A DNA stretch of 64,000 bases from Camelus dromedarius (taxonomy: Eukaryota), in the NCBI RefSeq assembly GCF_036321535.1, contig NC_087436.1, positions 49,416,001-49,480,000 of the forward strand. Reading direction: 5' to 3'. Of the stretch, positions 1 to 10,671 are shown in pieces (the first letter of the stretch is position 1; every line of letters starts with the position of its first letter). A program made the translations under genes and the position numbers. The notes beneath the pieces are model-generated. The model made no database searches, was not told the origin of the DNA, and saw only the letters and a program-made list of their open reading frames with translations.

Positions 1-54
1 CAGTTGTTGATGACAGCGGTCATTCTTCTGCCCCAGTTCTACCTGTATCAGGCC

Positions 55-60
55 GTGTGT

Positions 61-98
<38 letters not shown>
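55..98. repeat. (GT)n microsatellite with one GA interruption
   Basis: Directly visible GTGTGT run from 55 to 98. Confidence 0.97.
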
Positions 99-99
<1 letters not shown>

Positions 100-710
100 T
101 AGATCTACATTTATATTTCTATCTATCACAGATTTTTTTGATTCTTAGTCATAAATTACATTGGGTTCCTCAAACTGTTTACTGATTCGTTGAGGCCACC
201 ACCACCACTTGAAGAGTAACTGTGACCTTCCTTTTTGGTCTCATCTTCCTTTTCTAACAATTCTCAGTGCACTTACAAAAAGATCAGCTCCTGCCCTGCT
301 TCTGACAGAACAAATGGGCTGGTCTGTTTCTCTCGAGTCCAGAACTCCTGGAGCATCTCTGGAGCTTCCCTCAGTTTCTGAGATCATAGTTACTTTTCCT
401 TTATTTCTGAACATTCAATGAGGAAGGCATTAATCCTTCAGCACATGATACAATATACTTTTAGGATACTAGGTGCCATCAAGTACCAGATTCAAAGCTG
501 ATTAGTTAATACACAAGAGGGCTTCTGGAAGATGCTGGGACTGTTCACGCGGACATATGGGCCATCCACGGCAGCTCACATCTCAGGACCACGTGGAAGT
601 CTGGCACATACTTGTCAGGTGAACACTGTTGGCCTGTTATTCTTGTGAGATATTCTATTATCTCGTATGGCTGAGATGCTTGCTTCTTGCTTCCAGGACA
701 TTATTTGGGG

Positions 711-831
711 ATTTTTTTTTTTTTTTTTTGGTTGGGGAGAGGGAGGCAATTAGGCTTGTTTGTTTATTTATTAACCGAGGCATCTCGTGCATGCTAAGAA
801 CGCACTCTACCACTGAGCTACACCCTTCCCC
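711..831 (-). mobile_element. Vic-1-like tRNA-derived SINE, internally deleted (T-arm/B-box missing)
   Basis: Reverse complement reads GGGGAAGGGTGTAGCTCAGTGGTAGAGTGCGTTCTTAGCATGCACGAG...AATAAATAAACAAACAAGCCTAATTGCCTCCC plus poly(A). Flanking repeat GGACATTATT at 696-705 and 835-844. Confidence 0.88.
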
Positions 832-2924
832 AAGGGACATTATTGAGTTGGTTAAATCTTTAAATGGGCAGGGAAGATAAAAATGAAGCAGAACCTTCTT
901 CTGACGAGCACTCTTTGCCTCCTCTAGGTAGTTCTATCTTCCCTAGGTTGACAGGATGGGATTTTCTTCTGCCAGATCCCCATTTATTCTCTCTCCCACC
1001 CCCACAAGAGCGTAATAACACACCAAAACCATCACATTCCAGGTGCTCAGTCTTAACTGAAGTCTGCAGGATGTACAGTCTTTGGGGGGACCAAGCACGA
1101 CAAGAGGCTGTTGGCACTTCAGCGGCGACAATGCCTATAGATGGAAATGGAAAAGAAGGTCTGCATGATCTCTGGGGCTTTGCAGACTTGTGACTGTGTA
1201 ATAACAAGATTACTCCTCCCAACTGCACCCCTCCCTGCAGGACCCACTGTCCCTGCAGGTACTGCTAGATGGCCCAGGTATAGCAAAGAAACTGACTTGT
1301 TAACCATGGACAGCACTCTGCTCCCTAACACATGGGCTTCTGGTTTGGTAATCTCACTGGCTGCTGAATTTTCTCAGTGGAATCACTTTTCTTCGGATGG
1401 AAGTTAAAAAACTCCTTTGGGACAGAAGAGTTGCTTCTTGTTTGATGTCAGAGAGGAAAAAGGACTCCCTCTCCCTCAAGTGGAGAAAGACCATGACACA
1501 CACCCTGGGACTCTATCGCCCCCTCCCAGACCTACAAGACAGCTCGAGGTTTTATTGTTCATCACTTCATCCTCAGTGTTGTATAGATCACAATATCACC
1601 TTGACAGAAGCCCTGAAGGTGTTTAAAGTTACCAAGGGTAGATGATTTTATCAAGCTGGAACCTAACCATGGCCCTCTTGGCTATACAGCAGAATTTTGT
1701 TCAAGGGGTTTTAGTTTTATTGCTGAAGTGATGTTGCATGAAGATATCAACTTTTAAGTAATACTCCATTCATCTTTTAAATTTAGCTCAAGACCAGTAG
1801 ATGTTCAAAATGAGGCATAGAGCTAAAGTCTTTATTTCTAGGAGAGTGGCTACAGATGCTAATTGAAATTTATGGAGAAAGACAATGGCCCGTGGCAAAC
1901 TAAGCAGAGCATTTGGGAGGCCACTGGTATTCTGGGAGGATGCGTCCTAATTAAGCTGTACACCTCCCTCTGCTACTCTCAAGACCCAGTGCTGTTGTTT
2001 ATGGCAAAAAACTTACCATTTGTTATAGTGTTCATTTTCCTCCAAGTTTTTGGATTTTTATTTCTGCTAGCAAATTTTGAAAATTGTCCAATTCATTGGA
2101 CAGCTCTTCCCCTAAGGGGAGCATAAACTGGAATTAAAAATTAACTTTTGCTTCTGAGCACTAGAAGTATAGGATTTTTTTCCTTTTGTGGACATATGAC
2201 AGAAGAATCTGCTGTAATTTGCTTTTTGGGCACTTGCCCAGATTATGCTCAGAGATACATCAAGAATTGTTAGCAAGGGAAGGAGGAATGGCAAACACAG
2301 GCTCTGCGTTGTCATTTCAAAGCTTCAAGGGAACCCTATTAATATAGGAGAAACTTAACCCTTACAGAACTCACCCCATCCTAGGTGCCATTCTTAATTT
2401 CTCTTATTCTTGCTCTCTCTCTCTTGTCCCACACTTTTTCCTACTTCATTAGCACTGGCATATTCCTTTAAATCTGCTAAAGGTCATATTTTATAGATGA
2501 TTGTCTGGATTTAGGAAATACCGACTTACTGATGACTAAGTATGTTGTCTGATCAGAAATGGTCAGTGATTCTCAAGGAGCTAACGTGAAACGTTTGAAG
2601 TGTTCATGATTCTGTTTTCATGGAGAGGGCAAGAATGATGGAGACAGCATGGTGAGTGGAAGAATATGCAGCCAACTTCCCAGAAGTTCCTATGGTGGAG
2701 GGAAGGTGAGTAAGTGATTCGTTCCTAGGCTTTCTATTGTCACAGACCAGTTGTACTGCAGTCAAATCTTTCCTTACTTTGTGCAATCGCATATTTTTCA
2801 TTCCCTTTCTTCTGCTCAAGCATAGGTTGCCTATTGATGAAAAGACACTGATTAATACATTAGGAGACCAATAGTGACTTTTCTGAATTGTAGAAGTCTG
2901 GCTTAAGACCAATGATGTGCTGGA

Positions 2925-4748
2925 GAAGGGGAGATCAAGATGGCAGAGTAAGAGGACATGGAACTCATCTCCCTCAACAGACACATCAAAACTACATCTG
3001 CAGACCAGAAGAAGGATGATGATTGAGATTCCTGAAACACTACCCTGTTACCTCAACACGAACCAGTTAGAGGAGGATTACACACCCTGCCACCCTCCAC
3101 GTAAATTTTGCCTATAAAATGCCTCCCTCGAGCCTATCAAGGGAATGTTTTGAGCACTGGCTCCCTTGGACTCCTTGTCTGGCCCCTTACAAAACAAACA
3201 AACAAACAAACAAACAAACAAAAAAACCAAACCAAAACAAAAAAACTACATGTGGAATAATTCTCAGAGAAAACCAACTGGCAAATGGGAGACGGACTCC
3301 TGTACAACCAAGTCTGTAAGAAAGATACTTACATAATTGGGTAGGATGGGAAGAAAAGCTTCAGACTGGGAACTGTGTCCCTGGGAGGGAGATTGAGAGA
3401 AAAAGGGAGATTGCAGGGGTGGACACTTACCCTGGGGAGTGAGTGGCCAAGTCACAAGCCGGGGGTCCCAGTCTTGGGGCCCTATGGGTAGGGGTCAAGC
3501 CCCTTTGGCTGCTTGGAGAACCACTGGGACAGACAGAAAGGCTGGAGAAGCCTAGACTCTACTTGAGGAGAGCATGGTGCTGGCATGCCCCAGGCAGGGT
3601 GGAGAGAGGTCTGCCCCAGCTGCTGCCACCTTGCTGCACTGACCAGTCCAAGCAGAGTGAATGCCCTGGCACTGCTCACTCCACCCACAGCTTGGCACTG
3701 GAGCTAGGGCAGCCAGGACCTGGAAAAGGATTTGATGTATGGATGCTGAGGCAGCCTGGGGCCCTGGGGTCTAACCCAGGTGGAGTGGTGGTGGCCATCG
3801 TTGGTGCTTACTCAAGAGGCTTCCCAGAAGCAGCCCAGAGCTCTGACAGCAGTGCAGGTGCCAGCATTCCCAGGACAGCCTTGCTGCATGCCCCAGCCCA
3901 GCCTGAGTGAACACTCCTTCCCCACTCAACCCTAGCCACAGGCCAGCACTAGACCTGAGGTGGCCACAGCAGGGGAAAGATGTGACCATGGGCAGCACCT
4001 GAGTGGAGCCACAGATGCCTACAGAGGCAGAGCACTGAACTTCTGTAATCACACGGGCCCCCCTTGCTTCAGCCTCCCCTCCTTTGGGGCTAAGGCCCTA
4101 GAGCAGGGAGAAGGGAACACAGCCAGCTGAGCCTGACCCTCAGGGCCTCAGATCTAGTGATGTGGGAGCAGATCCTGCCCCAGACAAGGTGGTGATGACC
4201 ACTGAGCAGAGAAGAAGTCCCGCCTCACACACTGTGCAGGCTCTAGTTCCTCCATTACCAGCCACATCCCCCACCAGGGCGATAGCTGCCAGCACACCCC
4301 GAGGAAAGACATGACTGGCATCCACATTAAATTCAGCTTTCCCACCAAAGGCACTGGGCATACACAGTCTACATAAGGATGTCCCCACATAAGAACACCC
4401 TCTCAAGACCACAGTAAGAACAGGGAACTGTTTCACCTAAATTCATAGAGACAGAGAAAGTTACGTAAAATGAAAGGCAGAGGACCTACTCTCAATTGAA
4501 AGAGTAAGAGAAAACTGAAAAAGTAAATAATGAAACAGAAATAAACAATTTACCAAAGAATTCAAGATATTGGTAATAAAAATGCCACCTAAATTAGAGG
4601 AAAGAATTGATCTAAACACAGATCATTTTAACAAGGAACTAGACAATATAAAGAAGACCCAGTCAAAAACAGATAATTCAATATGTGAGACAAAAATACT
4701 CTAGAAGCAACGAATAGCAAAATAAATGACACAGAGCAACACATAAGC
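2925..4748 (+). mobile_element. LINE-1 5' portion (5'UTR plus start of decayed ORF1), 3'-truncated, interrupted at 2998-3241
   Basis: Starts GGGAGATCAAGATGGCAGAGTAAGAGGACATGGAACTCATCTCCC, resembling artiodactyl L1 5' ends. GC-rich 5'UTR to about 4440, then ORF1-like coiled-coil text (NNETEINNL, RIDLNTDHFNKELDNIKKTQSKTDNSI) with frameshifts and stops. Confidence 0.85.
2998..3241 (+). mobile_element. ERV1-type LTR fragment with (AAAC)n/A-rich tail and 10-bp TSD (probable L1-mediated retrocopy)
   Basis: LTR-like text with TATA box CCTATAAAA (3111-3119), ending GGCCCCTTAC and running into ACAAAACAAAC... tail (about 3189-3241). AAAACTACAT duplicated at 2988-2997 and 3242-3251. Confidence 0.7.
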
Positions 4749-4936
4749 TTCTGCCAGCTGGTACGAGGCGGCTTCAGGATACCACTGAATATATGTGAAG
4801 TGCTTAGAGAGTGGCTTGGAACATGGTAAATTCTAAACTAATGTATCTTTTAATAAATTATTAATATTACTATTGTGATTATTATTATTATCTCTGTCTC
4901 ACTTTTCCTCTCCTTTTATGAATGTATGCATGCATC

Positions 4937-5118
4937 CAGTGGTGTGCTGGGAAACTTTTTAAAAAGTCTTGATTTGTGTCATTTACCAATTTCCATGTAA
5001 GTATTCAAACAATGGGTAATTTCAAGCTACCAATGAGTTAACACTTGGATTGTGAAATTCCTAAATATTTAACAATCTGCCCTCTCAAGCTGGTACAAAA
5101 TTGCTCCAGCATACAAAC
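4937..5118. mobile_element. MER63-like hAT DNA transposon relic
   Basis: Ends CAGTGGTGTGCTGG ... CTCCAGCATACAAACG and internal ATTTCAAGCTACCAA resemble MER63. Confidence 0.65.
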
Positions 5119-5811
5119 GTTTCAAGAGTTAATTTCTAAGGATGTCTGTATTGACTTCAGAATTTTGTTCACAAACATCGAAAGGACAAGTTGTAATTTT
5201 TAGATTCTGTATAAGAGAACTTTTTCTCTTTTGAGTAAAAACCTATGAATAAGTGTTTTCTATTTCTTTTTCCCAACTCTTTCTTCTCTCTATTTGAATA
5301 ATTTTACCTCTCTGTTTACAATAAAATTTTTAGTACAAAATCTTATCTTACATGACTCATTTGACATTTCCTGGAAAGCCTTATTAATTCAGAGTCTTGG
5401 CCTTAGAATTTCTGTTAGTTAGAAACGACTATTGCTCTGGCTCTTAGTAGTTACTAGCTTTGTAATTTTGGACAAGGCACTAATCAGGGACAGTAAGAAA
5501 TATCTCGGAGGACAACTATGAGTACGTGAAAGGATGTTACAAACTACGCATGTTTAAACACATGGCATGTTCTTACTGTCTCAAGAATCAATATTGCAGC
5601 TAATTCCTCATGCAGTTGTGTAATGGGGTGGTGGGTGGACAGATGATATGGACTTTTGGTGTCACAGAGTTTGAATGAGGAAAGAGATACTAAGATTAGG
5701 ACAGTTTGGAGAGAAGCTGAGGCTAGAGAAAATAGTTTAGATAGATAGAAAAGACTGGAGACGGCATCTTAGGTAGAAAAAGTGTATAAATAAAATAACA
5801 GAAGGGGAAAC

Positions 5812-6240
5812 AGTCATTCAATACATACTCCCTGGTCACCATATGCCAGACACTGTGCTTGGTGCTAGAGCTATGAAGCAATGAGACAGAATTCCTACAT
5901 TCATAGGCTCTGAAATCAAGTAAGAGAAGAAGCACTAGATTGGAGAAGATGGTTTGGGAAAAGTGCAAATTCAGTTTTGTTGGGTAAATTGACATAACTT
6001 GGTAGAAGAATGTGAATTTGTAGTTATCAGATACATAAAAGAAGTCACTAGGGAACTGCATGTGAGTGACAATTAAAATGGTATTTTGCAACAATTAATT
6101 TAGTTGAGAAATGTAGAAGAGATGAGCAGTTTGGAGACAGGGAGAGAGAAGAGAATATTGAAACAATTTAGAAATAAAGACAGCCGGAATTGAGACTGGT
6201 AACATTTACTCCCTGTTGTATATGAAGAAGAAAAAAGGAG
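5812..6240 (-). mobile_element. L2 LINE fragments
   Basis: CATTCAATACATAC...ATGCCAGACACTGTGCTTGGTGCTAGAG is the reverse L2 3' end, followed by purine-rich L2-like body. Confidence 0.55.
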
Positions 6241-6257
6241 GAGTCAGAGGTTTAGAA

Positions 6258-6462
6258 AAACGGTTAGCAAATTTTTCCATACAAAGCCAGATAGTGAATA
6301 ATTTTAACTTTGCAGGTCATGTCGTCTCGGTTTCAACTACTCAGTTCTGCCCCTGTAGTGTGAAAGCAGCCACAGACAGTACAGAACTAAACGAGCACAG
6401 CTGGGTTCCAGCACAACTGGCGGTGGTGGCCTGGCCCACCGACTGCAGTTATCCAACCCCTG
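6258..6462. mobile_element. MER58A-like hAT-Charlie MITE
   Basis: GCCAGATAGTGAATAATTTTAACTTTGCAGGTCAT...AACTACTCAGTTCTGCC...GAAAGCAGCCACAGACA...CCAACCCCTG matches MER58A as recalled. Confidence 0.85.
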
Positions 6463-6838
6463 GTCTAGAGTACCCAGAAAATGACAATGGTCATTGTTTA
6501 GGGCAGAGGATAACTTAACTTTTGGATATGCCTGATTTAGGCAATGAAGAGGAAATCCAAGTGGAAATATGGAAATTTAGGATTGGATTTTTGGAGGAGA
6601 GATCAAGGTTGGATTTTGATTTGAGTTATTCACTGTTAAAGTAAGAAAGATGATGCCTTTTTAGGATCAAACCAGGAACACAAAAGACAGAAGCAAACTG
6701 ATGCAAAGAATCAATTAAGCAGGTGATGAAGGAGCTTAGGAGACAAGTAGGGGGCAACCCAGAGATTAGGAATAGCATGTGGCTAGGATCCTAAGCCATG
6801 CTAGGATGGGGTGCTGTTCCTGGAGGGACTGGATGAAG

Positions 6839-7230
6839 TGTATAGTTACAATAACTGTCCCCAGTGAATGACATTCCCTTGTGTCCAGGCCCTTTGCGAT
6901 ATATTATTGCTGCTCTTCTCATCAAGAAGTAAAGTCTATTTTTCTATCCTGTTGAGTAAGGGTTGGCCTTGTAACTTGCTTTAACCAATAGAATGTGGTG
7001 GATGTGACATTGTGTGAATTCTGGAACCCACAGGTCTTAAAAGGCCTTGAAATTCCAGTCTTGCTCTCTGGAAAGCTTTAGACCACCATGCTGTGAAAAA
7101 GCCCACTCTAGTCTGCTGAGAGGTGAGAGGTCACATGGAGGAGAACCCTGTGAACAAGCAAAACAAATTGGCAGACCTGTGAGTGAAGCCCTGCTGAACC
7201 GTCCTGGTCCAGTCAAGACATCAGAGATGG
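6839..7230 (+). mobile_element. MLT1-family (ERVL-MaLR) LTR fragment
   Basis: GGCCTTGTAACTTGCTTTAACCAATAGAATGTGGTGGATGTGAC and CACCATGCTGTGAAAAAGCCC are typical MLT1 motifs. Confidence 0.75.
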
Positions 7231-8534
7231 CCTCCAAGGCAGAGGGAGGCAGGGTGAGCAATCCTCTGGCTTCTCCCAGCCTGTATTCTCTTGTCTTCCT
7301 GAGCACCTCTGCCAGGGCCTCCTTTCTCTCTCCAGGGCCTCCAGTTAGTCTAACTCAGTGAAGCCAGCTGATAGGGGTCCCCCCTGAAACATGACCTGCC
7401 AAATGGCGTAGAACTGGGGAAACAAGTTGAGGATCAAAGGAAATTAAGCAAAGGAAAGCAAGCATGAAGTAGGGGAGAAAAGTGGAGGGTTTAGCCCTGT
7501 TGCAAGCATGGAGAAGAAAGAGGAATTGGTAAAGAAGCAGAGATGGACCCACCAGGTAGGCGGAGAAGCAATAATATAATATTGGCCTTAATTAAAAAAT
7601 GAGAGGGTTATAAGGAAGAAGGAGAGGTCTGATAAATGGTGTAAAATAATGCAGAGACTTCAAAGAGGGTGACAGATGAAAGAGACAATTTTACTTGGTG
7701 GACAAGCAGTAATTAGGGACCCATGAGTGGCCTGTAAGCACTGATTAACTTTTCCTTCCCAACTCATGGTTTGAAAATCCTCGAAGGTTTGTAAAATTGT
7801 CATAGGGGACTCATCATTAAAAATGGTAATGACATCTATTTTGGCCTCTGTGTGTTTAAAAAATTATTTGGTAAGTTTATAAAGATTATTGTATGTAATA
7901 TGTCTCCATTAAAAAAAACCATGCAGAGGTGTATAAAAATTAGGTCAATAATCTCTAATTTCTGTTTTAAAAATATCTAAATGATGATGTGATTATTTTT
8001 TCTTTGAAAACTGAACCCTTTGAGGGTCTTGTAGAATGTATTGAGTGGCCATGTACACCAGTCACTGGATATAAGATCACTGTAGTTTGGTCACCCAGTT
8101 GAATACCTCTAGCCATTGTGCTGATTTTGATTACTATAGAGCTAATTTTTTTTTTATTCTCAAGTACCTTTTAAGTTTAATATATATCCATGATGGGACT
8201 TTTGATAAAGACAAAAATCAAACTGAACACTAAAGTTAAATATGAGTTAATTAAGAGTATAAAAATGATAATAATGCTCTAATTTGCTTCAAGACATCCT
8301 GCCTAAAATTCTGGTTTCATTGATTTAATCACATTTTAAATATAGCACACCAAAATCTCTCTAGTACTTCTAAAACCAGTGTAAAAAAAAAAAAAAAAAA
8401 GCAGAGCAACAAATATATCTCATTTAGCTTTTTTACTTATTATAAATAAAGATAACCCATATCTTTAATGCAACATTTTCAAAGAAGTGTTGCTTTAGAT
8501 AATTTTGTCTTATTATTTAAAAACAAAATTTAAG

Positions 8535-8653
8535 GGGGGAGGGTATAGCTCAGGGGTAGAGTGTGTGCTTAGCACGCATGAGATCCTGGGTTCAATCCTC
8601 AGTACTGCCATTAAAAGTAAATAAAGAAACCTAATTACCTCTTCCCCATAAAA
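8535..8653 (+). mobile_element. Vic-1-like SINE (long form)
   Basis: GGGGAGGGTATAGCTCAGGGGTAGAG (A-box), CCTGGGTTCAATCC (B-box), CCTAATTACCTC tail. Confidence 0.92.
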
Positions 8654-8654
8654 T

Positions 8655-8905
8655 GTAAATACTGTATGATACCATTTATAGAAAATTATAAAAAGTCAAA
8701 TCTAAACTAAAATGACAGAAAGTAAATCAGTGGTTTCCTAGGACCAGAGTTGGGGACAGATAACAGCAAAGGAGCATGAGGGAATTTTGGGGATGATGGA
8801 AATATCTGTATCTTGATGGTGGAGGGAAATTACACTGTTAAATTCAAGGAACTATACATTACAAAGTGTGCATTACATTACATTGAATATAAATTAAATA
8901 TAATT
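8655..8905 (+). mobile_element. Old L1M 3'UTR fragment
   Basis: ACTGTATGATACCATTTATA...GACAGAAAGTAAATCAGTGGTTTCC...GGGGATGATGGAAATATCTGTATCTTGAT is typical of L1M 3' ends. Confidence 0.75.
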
Positions 8906-9004
8906 AAAAAACCATGTATGACTTCATAAAATAATTTATTATTTTTTTAATGTTCAATTAGATAATTCCAAATATTAGGTCACAAAAGCAGACCTTTGTC
9001 TATA

Positions 9005-9151
9005 AGGGCCAGGACTGGGGTGAGTCAAGTAAGGGAACCAGGGCACAAAGTGAAGGCAGCACTCGCTGCCAGGTTTCTGAAAGGGCCAGCCCTGAACTCG
9101 TATGTCCCTAAATTTTCCCTTCTTAAATTTCGTGTCCTGAGTGCCTCACTC
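9005..9151. mobile_element. MER96-like hAT MITE
   Basis: AGGGCCAGGACTGGGGTGAGTCAAGT...CTTAAATTTCGTGTCCTGAGTGCCTCACT resembles the palindromic MER96 consensus. Confidence 0.6.
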
Positions 9152-9174
9152 TTATTTTTTTTAATGTTTCCATA

Positions 9175-9297
9175 TTATTTATTTTTTTGGGGGGGGAGGG
9201 ATTTAGATATATTTATTTTTTAACAGGTACTGGGGATTGAACCCAGGAACCTTATGCATGCCAAGCATGCGCTCTACCACTAAGCTATACCCTCCCC
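9175..9297 (-). mobile_element. Vic-1-like SINE
   Basis: AGGTACTGGGGATTGAACCCAGG...GCATGCCAAGCATGCGCTCTACCACTAAGCTATACCCTCCCC. Confidence 0.92.
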
Positions 9298-9617
9298 AAC
9301 TCATCCTTTTAGAGGACTTCATAAAAGTTAAAATTTCATTCTATCTTTTAATATACATTTGTTACCTAAACCAAATGTTATAAAATATGTTGCCATTAAA
9401 TTTTGTTTGTTGTCAAATATATTTTAAAAAATATTGGTGCAGGTTGTTGGGTTTCTGGAGTGTGAGGATTGAGGCCTTTCACTTCTGGAAAACTCTTAGC
9501 CATCATCTCATGAAATACTGCTCCCCACCCCACCCCTACCCCTCCCCTATTTTCTCCTGAAACACTGAATGGGCATGTGTTAGAACTTTCTTTTCTTTTT
9601 TTCTTTTTTTGGACCCT

Positions 9618-9720
9618 CTTTTTTTTTTTTTAATTGAAGTATGGTCATTTACAATGTTGTGTCAGTTTCTGGTGTACAGCACAACAGTTCAGTCATCCAT
9701 AGACATACATATATCTGTTC
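9618..9720 (-). mobile_element. Short 5'-truncated artiodactyl-type L1 3' end
   Basis: Poly(T) then AATTGAAGTATGGTCATTTACAATGTTGTGTCAGTTTCTGGTGTACAGCA. Confidence 0.8.
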
Positions 9721-10529
9721 TTCATGCTCTGTTATCTCTCATTCATTTTCTCCATCCCTTTGTCTCTTTGTCCTGCATTCTGAACAAAAGCTTGAGTTCT
9801 CTCTTCAGTTGTTTTTAACCCGTGGTTTATCCCATCCATTGAGTTTTTAATTTTCAAGATGATTATTATTTTTATTTCTTCAAGTTCTATTTGTTTATTG
9901 AATCTGCCTGTAATGTTGACATCCTCTAGTATTTCTTTTAAAAAGTTAAAGGGAAAGTCTTTCCATTTTAAACATTAATAATAAATCTCACCAAAATGGC
10001 AAGAATTTGGTCTTGCTCATTGATGTGTCCAATCCCAGGCACCAAGGATAATCTGGCACAAAGGATGCAACTGATAAACATTTGTTTACAAATTTATTAT
10101 TTGCAATCTTTGCAGGCCAGATTCTGTTTTTTTTGTTTGTTTGTTTTTGTTTTTTTTTTTTACTGTTTTGGCTGATTCTTGCTAATGACAACTTATTTTC
10201 TTGGGTGTTGTGTGATTTTTTTCCCCCTTCTTACTGTGAGCTCACATTTCTTGGAAACTTATTTGGGAAAACTGTGTTCTGGATCTAAGGTGTTTTCCTT
10301 TGGAAAGTTTCTATATTTGCTCTTCCCAGATGCTTCAGAGGCATTCACAATCATAAGCCACTTTAAATTCCTAGCTTGGGGTTTTTACAGCTTATATGGG
10401 TAGAATGCATGAGCCCCAAATTTACATGAAGACCACCTTATGATTAAAAGTTCTCATGGGAGAACTTTCTGTTTTCTTCACACAGGACAAAGGCAGGATT
10501 TTATTTTTTTTCAATTTATTTTTTTTTCT

Positions 10530-10671
10530 TCTTTTCTTTTTTTTTTTAAATTAAAGTATAGTTGATTTACAATGTGTTAGTTTCTGGTGTACAGCATAGT
10601 GATTCACATATAGATATAGACATAGATAATTTTTCATTATAGGTTATTATAAGCTATTTAATATAGTTCCC
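10530..10671 (-). mobile_element. Short 5'-truncated artiodactyl-type L1 3' end
   Basis: T-rich tail then AATTAAAGTATAGTTGATTTACAATGTGTTAGTTTCTGGTGTACAGCATAGTGATTCA...AATATAGTTCCC. Confidence 0.82.

Noticed and set aside
3443..3910. 155-aa ORF in GC-rich sequence
   Set aside because: It lies inside the L1 5'UTR, has a non-ATG start and no recognisable domain; chance ORFs are common in GC-rich DNA.
8535..8610. tRNA-Ala-like genes (also at 15437 and other copies)
   Set aside because: They are divergent from one another and carry AT-rich tails and, in several cases, TSDs. They are SINE copies, not tRNA genes.
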